The notes under the pieces: generated by a model | Told to the model about the DNA's origin: nothing | Database searches by the model: none | The model's input: the letters and a program-made list of their open reading frames with translations, nothing else | In this document: one piece after another, positions 7,261 through 15,853 of the stretch | How positions within the stretch are numbered: position 1 is the first letter of the stretch | Layout: each line of letters opens with the position of its first letter | Source of the DNA: Candidatus Parcubacteria bacterium | GTDB lineage: Bacteria; Patescibacteriota; Patescibacteriia; UBA1558; GWA2-36-10 | NCBI GenBank assembly: GCA_018669975.1 | Contig: JABHSK010000007.1 | Location: 64,390 to 128,389 of the forward strand | Direction of reading: 5' to 3' | DNA: 64,000 bases | Made by a program: the position numbers and the translations under genes

Positions 7261-10092
7261 ATGGGAATTGTTGTTTATTTTAAAATCGCCTTCATACTTG
7301 GAAGTATCCTATCATTGGGAATTTGGTGGCTTTTATTTGTTAAAAATAGAGCAAGTTTACGTAATAGGATTTTTGGTATCACTTCTTTAATGACCGCCAT
7401 ATGGAGTATTGGTTTTTTTGGATTAACAAGTGCTAACTCGTTAATCTCAGCAAGTTTATCACGGTGGTTTATGGAGGCTGGTTCAATTTTTATACCTGCA
7501 CTCTGGTACCATTTTATTTTTACACATTTAAACTTAAATAAGGAGCATTTCAAGAGAATACGTTTAATGTATGCTATTAGCGCAGTATTATGGGTATTAA
7601 ATATTCTAGATTTATTTATACCGGGATTATTTTCTAGTGGCATGTATCAGAAGCTATTTTTTCAATATTATCCAGGCGGTGGATTAGGATATTATCTTTT
7701 CTTTATCTATTTTGCGTTTGTTGCAGTGTACACAGTTTTTTATTTGCACAGGTATTTAAAGAGAAGGTCAGGGATGCAAAAAGAACAAATACGTTTTATT
7801 CTATTAGCCGCTTATTTTGGATTTGGTGGTGGAGGAATGACATTTTTAGTAACCTTTGGAATAGAAATACCACCATTCGGAATTTTTTTCTTTGCATTTT
7901 ATCCTATTGTTATTGCTTATGCAATTGTGAAGTATAGATTAATGAATATCCGGCTACTTATTACGCGTAGTATTTTATACGCAGTTTTAGTTGGTGCAGT
8001 AGCTAGTTTTTTCGCCCTATCAGTATTTGTGGTTGGTAATACTATTGGTGGTAATACTCAAACAAGTAAAATATTTACATATATTATCACCTCACTTATA
8101 GTGGTGGTATTTTTAGAGCCAGTCAAACGCACTTGGGCCAAAGTGACGGACAAGATTTTTTACAAAGATAAGATTGATTATCAAGAAGTCTTACAAGAGG
8201 TTGGCCTCGTAGTGGCTAGGGAAATCGATTTAGAAAAATTATTACAAAATTCTATTATTCTTTTGGCCGAGAAGTTAAAGATAAAAGAGGTCTCTGTTCT
8301 AGTGCCGACAAATAATCATTTTAATTTATTGACTAGCTCTCAACAAGGTAAGAGCAATTCTTCTTTGTCACAGGAGTTTATAGATTATCTACATTCAAAT
8401 AAAGACTTTGTTATAATAGAAGAATTGAATAGAAATAATGATAATGTACAAGAAAAGAAGTTAAGGTGTAAAATAGAGAGGTTTATCAAAGAGGCGGAGA
8501 TGCTAAATGCGGAAATGGTTATTCCGGTTATAGAGCAGGGAGAGTTAACAGCGGTGTTCTTATTTACCTCTAAGAGCTCCGGAGATTTATACGGTGATCA
8601 AGATATAGATTTCTTTAGAGTATTAATGCCACAGATAGCTACAGCTATCGAAAAATCTAAGCTCTATGAAGAAGTTGAAGAATTTAACCGTGAACTGCAA
8701 GCTAAAGTAGGGGAGAGAACTAAGAGTTTGCAGGAGGTTAATGCAACTCTGGAGGAGCGCAATAGATTTTTGACTACTATGCAAGCAGTGACTAATATGA
8801 TTAGTCGTACGCTAGATTTAAAGAAAGTCAATCAGATGATAGCCAATAGTATTGCCAGTGAGTTGGGATACGTAGGTGGTATCTTGAGCTTTATTGATTT
8901 TGAAGCCAACGTGCTTAGGGTTGGTGCTATTACTGACAATAAGGCTAACAGAAAATTGCTGAGTTTACTACCACAAGATCCTCATGAATATGAAACTAAA
9001 TTAGAACCAGGATTTAATAAGGGAGCTCAGACAGTTTTATTAGGTAAAATTAATTTCTCTGATAGAATGTCTGACTTTTTGTCACCGCCAGTAGATAAAG
9101 AAATAATGGATAAAATACAAGAAGAAGCGGGTGTTAAAACTATGGTGGGTGTGCCGATATTTTCGGAAGCCAAAATCATTGGTATTATCCATTTTTTATT
9201 ACAGGTAAAGCAAAAAAGAATTTCTTCTATGGACATCGAGATGATGGGAGCGCTGACTAATCAGGTTGGTATCGTGTCTCGTAACCTTAAATTGTATAAT
9301 AATTTACAGAAAGCAAATCTAGACATGCAAGAAGCAAATGTCCGTTTGCGTGAGTTAGATAAAGCTAAATCAGAATTTCTTTCTATTGCTTCCCATCAAC
9401 TTAGAACACCAATTTCAGCCATTAAAGGTTATTTGTCCATGATTATCGATGGAGATTTTGGTAAGGTGTCGCCGAATATTACTAAGGTGATTAAAGACTT
9501 GTTTGAGAGTGCTTCTAGATTGGCTAGATTAATCAATATTTTATTGAATGTATCTAGAATTGAATCTGGTCGACTTAAATTAGAAAAAAAGCCTATTCAA
9601 ATCAGTGATATGATTGATAGTGTAATAGTTGAGTTGATAAACCAAGCTACTCAAAAAGGTTTGAAATTGACTTATAAAAAACCAAAAGGAAATATTCCAA
9701 AGATTTTTGCTGACAGTGATAAGTTGAGGGAGGTGGTGCTTAATTTGGTAGATAATGCTATCAAGTATACACCAAAAGGTAAGGTGGAAATATCTCTAGA
9801 GTTTAATAAAGAACACATGACCTTTATGACCAAGGATTCTGGTATTGGTATTGATCCTAAAGAGGTTAAGAGTTTGTTTAGAAAATTTGTACGTGGTTCA
9901 GGTGTAGCACAGATCCATACTGGTGGTTCAGGTTTAGGTCTATTCATTGCTCAAAAGATTATCAAAGAACACAATGGGAAAGTTTGGGCAGAGAGCGAGG
10001 GTACAGGTAAGGGTTCAACATTTAAGTTTGTAGTGCCTTTGTATGATGAGTCAATGTTGAGTGATGGTGTTGATGAACACAAAGATAAATAA
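7261..10092 (+). CDS. Sensor histidine kinase: HisKA_7TM, two GAF-like domains, HisKA and HATPase
   Basis: Multi-TM N-terminus ending AYAIVKYRLMNI. H-box SIASHQLRTP, N-box LVDNAIKYT, DSGIG, GSGLGL. Confidence 0.92.
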   Translation: MGIVVYFKIAFILGSILSLGIWWLLFVKNRASLRNRIFGITSLMTAIWSIGFFGLTSANSLISASLSRWFMEAGSIFIPALWYHFIFTHLNLNKEHFKRIRLMYAISAVLWVLNILDLFIPGLFSSGMYQKLFFQYYPGGGLGYYLFFIYFAFVAVYTVFYLHRYLKRRSGMQKEQIRFILLAAYFGFGGGGMTFLVTFGIEIPPFGIFFFAFYPIVIAYAIVKYRLMNIRLLITRSILYAVLVGAVASFFALSVFVVGNTIGGNTQTSKIFTYIITSLIVVVFLEPVKRTWAKVTDKIFYKDKIDYQEVLQEVGLVVAREIDLEKLLQNSIILLAEKLKIKEVSVLVPTNNHFNLLTSSQQGKSNSSLSQEFIDYLHSNKDFVIIEELNRNNDNVQEKKLRCKIERFIKEAEMLNAEMVIPVIEQGELTAVFLFTSKSSGDLYGDQDIDFFRVLMPQIATAIEKSKLYEEVEEFNRELQAKVGERTKSLQEVNATLEERNRFLTTMQAVTNMISRTLDLKKVNQMIANSIASELGYVGGILSFIDFEANVLRVGAITDNKANRKLLSLLPQDPHEYETKLEPGFNKGAQTVLLGKINFSDRMSDFLSPPVDKEIMDKIQEEAGVKTMVGVPIFSEAKIIGIIHFLLQVKQKRISSMDIEMMGALTNQVGIVSRNLKLYNNLQKANLDMQEANVRLRELDKAKSEFLSIASHQLRTPISAIKGYLSMIIDGDFGKVSPNITKVIKDLFESASRLARLINILLNVSRIESGRLKLEKKPIQISDMIDSVIVELINQATQKGLKLTYKKPKGNIPKIFADSDKLREVVLNLVDNAIKYTPKGKVEISLEFNKEHMTFMTKDSGIGIDPKEVKSLFRKFVRGSGVAQIHTGGSGLGLFIAQKIIKEHNGKVWAESEGTGKGSTFKFVVPLYDESMLSDGVDEHKDK

Positions 10093-10093
10093 T

Positions 10094-10504
10094 ATGATAA
10101 AAAGAGTTAGAGCAGTTATTATAAAAGATAACAAAATACTTTTAATAAAAAGGGTGAAGCCCGAAGATAAATATTGGGCTGCACCAGGAGGAGGTGTTGA
10201 TCCAGGTGAGTCTGATAAACAGGCTTTGATCAGGGAGTGTCAGGAAGAGTTGGGCGTAAACGTAGAAGTATGTGAGTTATTTTTAGATATTATATCTGAA
10301 AAGCCAGCTACCAAAGGTCAGTTGGAATTTTTTTATGAATGCAAAATATTGTCTGGGAAGGTGGGTACAGGAGATGGTCCTGAGTATCAACCAGACTCAG
10401 GTTACATAGGCAGCTATCAGCCTGAATGGAGGGCTTTAGATGAATTATCATCTTTAGAATTACGCCCCCGACAACTTAAGGAAAAATTACTTATACACAA
10501 ATAA
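10094..10504 (+). CDS. NUDIX hydrolase
   Basis: PGGGVDPGESDKQALIRECQEELG Nudix box. Start revised to ATG 10094. Confidence 0.88.
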   Translation: MIKRVRAVIIKDNKILLIKRVKPEDKYWAAPGGGVDPGESDKQALIRECQEELGVNVEVCELFLDIISEKPATKGQLEFFYECKILSGKVGTGDGPEYQPDSGYIGSYQPEWRALDELSSLELRPRQLKEKLLIHK

Positions 10505-10506
10505 TT

Positions 10507-10989
10507 TTGACAAAGATATTTATTTTTTTAACAGAGACTATTAAGCGTTTCTATCCTGAAAAAAGAGGTGATATACAAATTTCATTTGCTGGTGGAGACA
10601 CAGAGGAGCAAAGAAGAAGTATAGAATCTATTCATAAGATGTATAATCCGTTAGCGACTTCTGATAACCCAATATATAAAGAAAAAGCTGTAGTTATTTG
10701 TGACAAACCAATAGATCAGAAAGCAGAGAGTAAGTTAGAGGAATTTAAAAAAGGCTATCCTTATCTAGTAGAAAATAATCAATTATTTGAATTAGAAGCT
10801 ACTAGCTTAGAAGAATATTATCCAGAGGAGTGGAAGAAGACTTATGCAGAATCTAGGGAACTTGGTAAAAAAGGTGAAAAGACCACTTATGCCGAAGAAG
10901 TTGCAAGTCAGATAACAAAAGAACAGTTTGAGAAGGAAATGCCGATTTTGCATGAAGCATTAAACAGATGTTGGGAACTTTCATATTAG
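10507..10989 (+). pseudogene. C-terminal TOPRIM-like remnant of an OLD-family ATP-dependent nuclease
   Basis: IFLT...ISFAGG...AVVICD...SLEEYYP pattern. Lacks the EG motif and the ATPase domain. Weak TTG start. Confidence 0.5.
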
Positions 10990-11065
10990 GGTATGAAAGC
11001 TTTAATCAGTCAAACTAGCTCTTTAAGGTTATTATAAATCTTTTTAATCTGAGATTGAAGAATTT

Positions 11066-11287
11066 GTGCATAGAATAATGGATAGTCATAAAAGTGCTAT
11101 TGATGTTTTTGGTATCAGACAAAGGCCGGGAAAGGATATCAAGTCTTTAGGATCTATATTACAAAATATTAAGAATCCCAGAAAATATAAAGGGTATAAG
11201 AACCTTTTTGAGATAAAAGATATAGCTGCTATAACAGTCATTTGTCATTTTGCAGTAGTTTGTATAAAAGAAAAGGATAAAATATAA
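11066..11287 (+). pseudogene. Decayed RelA/SpoT-domain small alarmone synthetase fragment
   Basis: IKSLGSI...PRK...IKDIAAITVICHF resembles the KS..SI..K..RK...DIAG.R..C synthetase motif. Truncated. Confidence 0.45.
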
Positions 11288-11300
11288 TCTCTAAGCCTAT

Positions 11301-11330
11301 AAAATAACCACCAAATCTGGTGGTTATTTT
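11301..11330. terminator. Bidirectional intrinsic terminator
   Basis: Perfect inverted repeat AAAATAACCACCA-aatc-TGGTGGTTATTTT. Confidence 0.8.
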
Positions 11331-11413
11331 TATTTCCAAAAACCTTTTAAAAATGTTATAATACTCACATAGAAAGCCCCCCAACAGGGGCCAGAATTAA
11401 GTAATTATAAAAT

Positions 11414-11782
11414 ATGAAAACAAGTTATTCCATAGCCTTTTTTATAGTCCTGTTAATAGTAGTATCGGGTCTAGTAGTTTTTTATGAAAAAGAGGATGAA
11501 GGTAAATCTAAAGTGCTATTGCAAACCTTAGAATGTCATTCAGATAAAATAGATAGCTCTGTGTCGGACTTAGACTCCGATACTAGCCTGATTGGCGCCA
11601 TGATTAGCTTCAAGGCAGTGCCCATAGATGAAGATACTAAAAATAAATTAACTGAACTACAAATAGTCCTAGACGAACATTCTTGGATTTTTGATTATGT
11701 AGTGGCTAAGATTCCTACTGATAGTTTATGTGAATTGACTAGCCAAGAGCAGGTGACTAGAGTATTTATACCAGAATTATAG
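11414..11782 (+). CDS. Membrane-anchored hypothetical protein, possibly subtilisin-propeptide-like
   Basis: N-terminal TM helix. C-terminal VVAKIP..SL.EL...EQV.RV pattern. Confidence 0.6.
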   Translation: MKTSYSIAFFIVLLIVVSGLVVFYEKEDEGKSKVLLQTLECHSDKIDSSVSDLDSDTSLIGAMISFKAVPIDEDTKNKLTELQIVLDEHSWIFDYVVAKIPTDSLCELTSQEQVTRVFIPEL

Positions 11783-11785
11783 AAT

Positions 11786-12946
11786 ATGAAGTTAAAAGAT
11801 ATTAAACAAATAAAAAATTTAACTGGTAAGCGAGTTTTATTGCGTCTTGATTTGAATGTGCCCATTGAAAAGGGTGAGGTGCCCAATAGTGGTACCTGGA
11901 GACTAGAGCGAGCTATTCCAACTATTAAATATTTAACTCGTAAAAAAGCGCGAGTGATTATTGTTGCTCATTTAGGAAGACCTGAAGGCAAGGTGATGTC
12001 CGAATTTACTATGCAGCCGGTATGTGAAAAATTGTCTCAGATGCTAGGGAAGACAATTGAGTTTTGGGCTGATGACTTTAGTGGTTATATTCAAGATAGT
12101 GAGGAAATGAGCAATGGCAGTGTGGCGATGATAGAAAACATCCGTTTTTATCGGGAAAAGAAAAATTGTAAACGTCTAGCTACTAGACTTAGTAAGTTGG
12201 CCGATATTTATGTCAATGATGCATTTGGCAATGTTCACCGTCAAGATGCTTCTATGCATGCTATTACCTATTATCTACCTAGTTATGCTGGATTATTGAT
12301 GACAGACGAAGTAAATTATTTATCCAAAGTATTAAAAACCAAGAAAGGCTTGTCAGTGATATTGGGTGGAGCTAAAGTGGCTACCAAAATAAAATTGATA
12401 GAGAAGTTTAGTAAAATGGCTGACCATGTTTGTTTGGGTGGTATTTTGGCTAATACTATGCTCAAGGCCTTGGATTATAAGGTTGGTAAATCAGTCTATG
12501 ATAAGGACTTCTTAGCTTTGGCCAAGCGTGCCTATAACGCCAAAAAGGTCCATTTACCGGAGGATTTGGTAGTTTGTAAAAACAAGAAATCAAAAAATTG
12601 TCAGACAGTAGAGATGGATAAGATCCCAGCTGGTATGATGTCTTTAGATCTGGGTCCTAAGACTATTAAAAAATATTTAGCCGAAATTAAGGCAGCCAAA
12701 TTGATTGTTTGGAATGGACCATTTGGATATTTTGAGAACAAACTTTTTGTACAGGGTTCAAAGAGCATGATGAAGGGTTTGGTTAAACTGCCAGCCAAGG
12801 TTATTATTGGTGGCGGGGAGACTGTTGAGCTGGCCAATCAACTTAAATTGAGCAAAGAATTTACTTTTGTGTCAACTGGTGGCGGTGCTATGTTGGCTTT
12901 TTTGCAGGGTAATAAATTACCGTCTTTAGAAAGATTGAAAAAATAA
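11786..12946 (+). CDS. pgk: Phosphoglycerate kinase
   Basis: RLDLNVP, HLGRP, YVNDAFG, GGAK, WNGPFG, STGGGA. Confidence 0.97.
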   Translation: MKLKDIKQIKNLTGKRVLLRLDLNVPIEKGEVPNSGTWRLERAIPTIKYLTRKKARVIIVAHLGRPEGKVMSEFTMQPVCEKLSQMLGKTIEFWADDFSGYIQDSEEMSNGSVAMIENIRFYREKKNCKRLATRLSKLADIYVNDAFGNVHRQDASMHAITYYLPSYAGLLMTDEVNYLSKVLKTKKGLSVILGGAKVATKIKLIEKFSKMADHVCLGGILANTMLKALDYKVGKSVYDKDFLALAKRAYNAKKVHLPEDLVVCKNKKSKNCQTVEMDKIPAGMMSLDLGPKTIKKYLAEIKAAKLIVWNGPFGYFENKLFVQGSKSMMKGLVKLPAKVIIGGGETVELANQLKLSKEFTFVSTGGGAMLAFLQGNKLPSLERLKK

Positions 12947-12962
12947 TTTTTAAATAATAGAC

Positions 12963-14237
12963 ATGCCAGATAAAATAAAAAAAATAAGCGCCCTTGAGAT
13001 TTTAGACTCTCGTGGTAATCCAACAGTGCAGGTTAATATAGAGTTGTCCAATGGTACCATTGGTTCTGCTTCTGTGCCTTCAGGCGCCTCAACTGGACGT
13101 TTTGAAGCCTATGAGCTTAGAGATGGAGATACGCATAGATACGATGGTAAAGGGGTGCTCAAAGCAGTGGCCAATGTAAATACTGTTTTAAATGATGAAC
13201 TGCAAGGCATGCAGATTACAGAGCAAACCAAGATAGATGAGTTGATGATCAAGCTAGACGGCACTAAAAATAAAAGTAAGTTGGGTGCCAATGCTATTTT
13301 GGGTGTATCTTTAGCTGCTGCATCCACAGCTGCTAAGTCAACTGGCAAGCCATTGTATGAATATTTACGTAGCCTATACAATCCTAAATTAAAGAAAATG
13401 AAACTACCAACGCCAGTAGTTAATGTCATTAATGGTGGGGCTCATGGTAGTACCAATATAAATATTCAGGAATTTTGGATAGTTCCTATTAAAGCTAAAA
13501 CTTTTGCGGAAAAAATACGCCAAGCTAGCGAAATTTTCCATGAATTAGGTGATTTACTGCACGCTACTGGTTTAGATACTGACCTAGGTAATGAAGGCGG
13601 TTATTCACCAATGGTAAAATCACACAAGCAGGTGTTTGAATTCTTGATGCACGCTGTAGAAAAAAGTGGCTATGTGCCAGGTAAGGATATTGTTTTTGGT
13701 ATTGATGCCGGAGCCTCTGAATTTTATGATCAAGACAAAGAGGTTTACCAACTTAAATTGGAAGGACACGATTTTAATGCCGAGGAGTTGATTGATTATT
13801 ACCTTGATACTATGGAAATTTATCCATTGAGGTTTTTGGAAGATCCACTAGATCAAGAAGACTGGCATGCTTGGCAGCAATTTAGCAAGGAGCATTATAT
13901 CAAAGACAATGATGTTAAAATTATTGGCGATGATTTATTTGTCACCAATCAGACTAGATTAAAAAAAGGTATCGATATGGAGGTAGCCAATACCATCTTG
14001 ATTAAACCAAATCAGATTGGTACTTTAACCGAGACCATTGATACTATTAAGTTAGCGCAGGCTAATAAATACCAAATTGTAGTTTCTCACCGTAGTGGTG
14101 AGACTGCTGATACAACCATTGCTGATTTATCTGTGGCGGTTAATGCAGATTATATTAAGACTGGGTCAACTTCTAGAGGAGAGAGGACAGCCAAGTATAA
14201 TCGCTTATTAAACATTGAACAAGAATTAAGTAAATAA
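12963..14237 (+). CDS. eno: Enolase
   Basis: LDSRGNPTV, VPSGASTG, IKPNQIGT, SHRSGET. Confidence 0.98.
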   Translation: MPDKIKKISALEILDSRGNPTVQVNIELSNGTIGSASVPSGASTGRFEAYELRDGDTHRYDGKGVLKAVANVNTVLNDELQGMQITEQTKIDELMIKLDGTKNKSKLGANAILGVSLAAASTAAKSTGKPLYEYLRSLYNPKLKKMKLPTPVVNVINGGAHGSTNINIQEFWIVPIKAKTFAEKIRQASEIFHELGDLLHATGLDTDLGNEGGYSPMVKSHKQVFEFLMHAVEKSGYVPGKDIVFGIDAGASEFYDQDKEVYQLKLEGHDFNAEELIDYYLDTMEIYPLRFLEDPLDQEDWHAWQQFSKEHYIKDNDVKIIGDDLFVTNQTRLKKGIDMEVANTILIKPNQIGTLTETIDTIKLAQANKYQIVVSHRSGETADTTIADLSVAVNADYIKTGSTSRGERTAKYNRLLNIEQELSK

Positions 14238-14257
14238 TAATATAGACAATATATATT

Positions 14258-15853
14258 ATGCCTATTTCAGCACCAATTACAGCTAAAGGGAAGAATCAAA
14301 TAAATAAGGGGGCACTACCGCTTGTTTTGGTGGTTTTGGATGGCTGGGGTCTCAACCCGACCAAAGAAGGTAATGCTATCGCTGAAGCCAACACCCCAGT
14401 AATGGATAGTCTTTATGAACAGTATCCAAATATGAAGCTGAATGCTTCCTCAAGCTATGTTGGCTTACCCAAGGGGCAGCCTGGTAATTCTGAGGCTGGT
14501 CATATGAATATTGGAGCTGGTAGAGTAGTAGAGCAAGATGCGGTATTGATTTCCAGGAGTATTAGTAATGGTACTTTTTTTAAGAATCCAGCTTTTTTGC
14601 AGGCCGCTCATCACGCCATCAAGAATAAATCTGATGTTCATCTAATGGGCTTGCTGGTAGACGGATCTAGTCCGCATTCTGATAATGATCACTTGTTATC
14701 ACTGATTAGTTTTTTTATTAGCTCTACCAAACGAGATATCTATCTACATCTGTTTACTGATGGTCGTGATAGTCCCAAGTTTGCAGCCCTTAAAGTTTTG
14801 GGGCAATATAAAAATATTTTCAATACTCCACGTATAAAAGTTGCCACTATCATGGGTCGTTTTTATTCTATGGATAGGAAGAAATCGTGGCAGCACACTA
14901 AAATGGCCTACGATTGTTTAGTTTCTGGCAAGGGGCACGCAGCCAGTACCCCCTTGGATGCAGTTAGTCAGGCCTACAATAGAGGAGAGAGTGACGAATT
15001 TATGACCCCATCCGTAATAGTAAAAAATGGCAAGCCAATTGGATCAATAAATGGAAAAGACTCTGTAGTATTTTTCAATTTGCGATCTGACCGAGCCAGG
15101 CAACTGGCCAAAGCGTTTACTCAAGATGATTTTGAGAAAAAAAACGGCGGTAATTTCAAGCGTGATAAAATAGTAGATGATCTATTGTTTGTGGCTTTGA
15201 CTGATTTTGGGCCAGATCTAGACAATATACTGACGGCTTATCCTGGTATTGATGTTCCTGATACACTACCTATGGCCATGCGTGAATTAAGTCAGGAATA
15301 TATAGCAGAGACAGAAAAATACGCTCACGTCACTTATTTTTTTAACGGTGGTTATGCTCATACTGTGGTTGGAGAAAAAAGAGTCAATATACCATCCAAA
15401 AATATTCCGTCCTATGATAAGATGCCAGAGATGAGTACTTTTGAAGTTGCTGATGCTGTGCTTAAAGCAGTTAGAGGAGGTAAGTCAGATTTTATTACTG
15501 TTAATTTTGCTGCACCAGATATGATTGGGCATACTGGTAATATAGAAGCAGCTGTCCAGGCAATTGAAGCTGTCGACAAGGCTTTGGGTAGCATTGTCAA
15601 AGCAGTTAAAAGTAAACAGGGAACAGTCGTGGTGCTTTCCGACCACGGTAATGCTGACGAGATGTTAAACTTGAAAACAGGAGAAGTTGTTACACAACAT
15701 TCAAAGTATTTGGTGCCTTTTATCTTAGTATCTGATAAAAAATATAATTTAGTTACAAAAGGTAAGTTGGGTAATGTGGCACCGACTATATTAGAAATTT
15801 TAAATATTACTAAACCGAAATTAATGACTTGTAAGTCTTTAATAAAAAAATAA
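14258..15853 (+). CDS. gpmI: 2,3-bisphosphoglycerate-independent phosphoglycerate mutase, copy 1
   Basis: LDGWG, GNSEAGH, DGRD, AETEKYAHVT, DMIGH, SDHGN. Confidence 0.93.
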   Translation: MPISAPITAKGKNQINKGALPLVLVVLDGWGLNPTKEGNAIAEANTPVMDSLYEQYPNMKLNASSSYVGLPKGQPGNSEAGHMNIGAGRVVEQDAVLISRSISNGTFFKNPAFLQAAHHAIKNKSDVHLMGLLVDGSSPHSDNDHLLSLISFFISSTKRDIYLHLFTDGRDSPKFAALKVLGQYKNIFNTPRIKVATIMGRFYSMDRKKSWQHTKMAYDCLVSGKGHAASTPLDAVSQAYNRGESDEFMTPSVIVKNGKPIGSINGKDSVVFFNLRSDRARQLAKAFTQDDFEKKNGGNFKRDKIVDDLLFVALTDFGPDLDNILTAYPGIDVPDTLPMAMRELSQEYIAETEKYAHVTYFFNGGYAHTVVGEKRVNIPSKNIPSYDKMPEMSTFEVADAVLKAVRGGKSDFITVNFAAPDMIGHTGNIEAAVQAIEAVDKALGSIVKAVKSKQGTVVVLSDHGNADEMLNLKTGEVVTQHSKYLVPFILVSDKKYNLVTKGKLGNVAPTILEILNITKPKLMTCKSLIKK

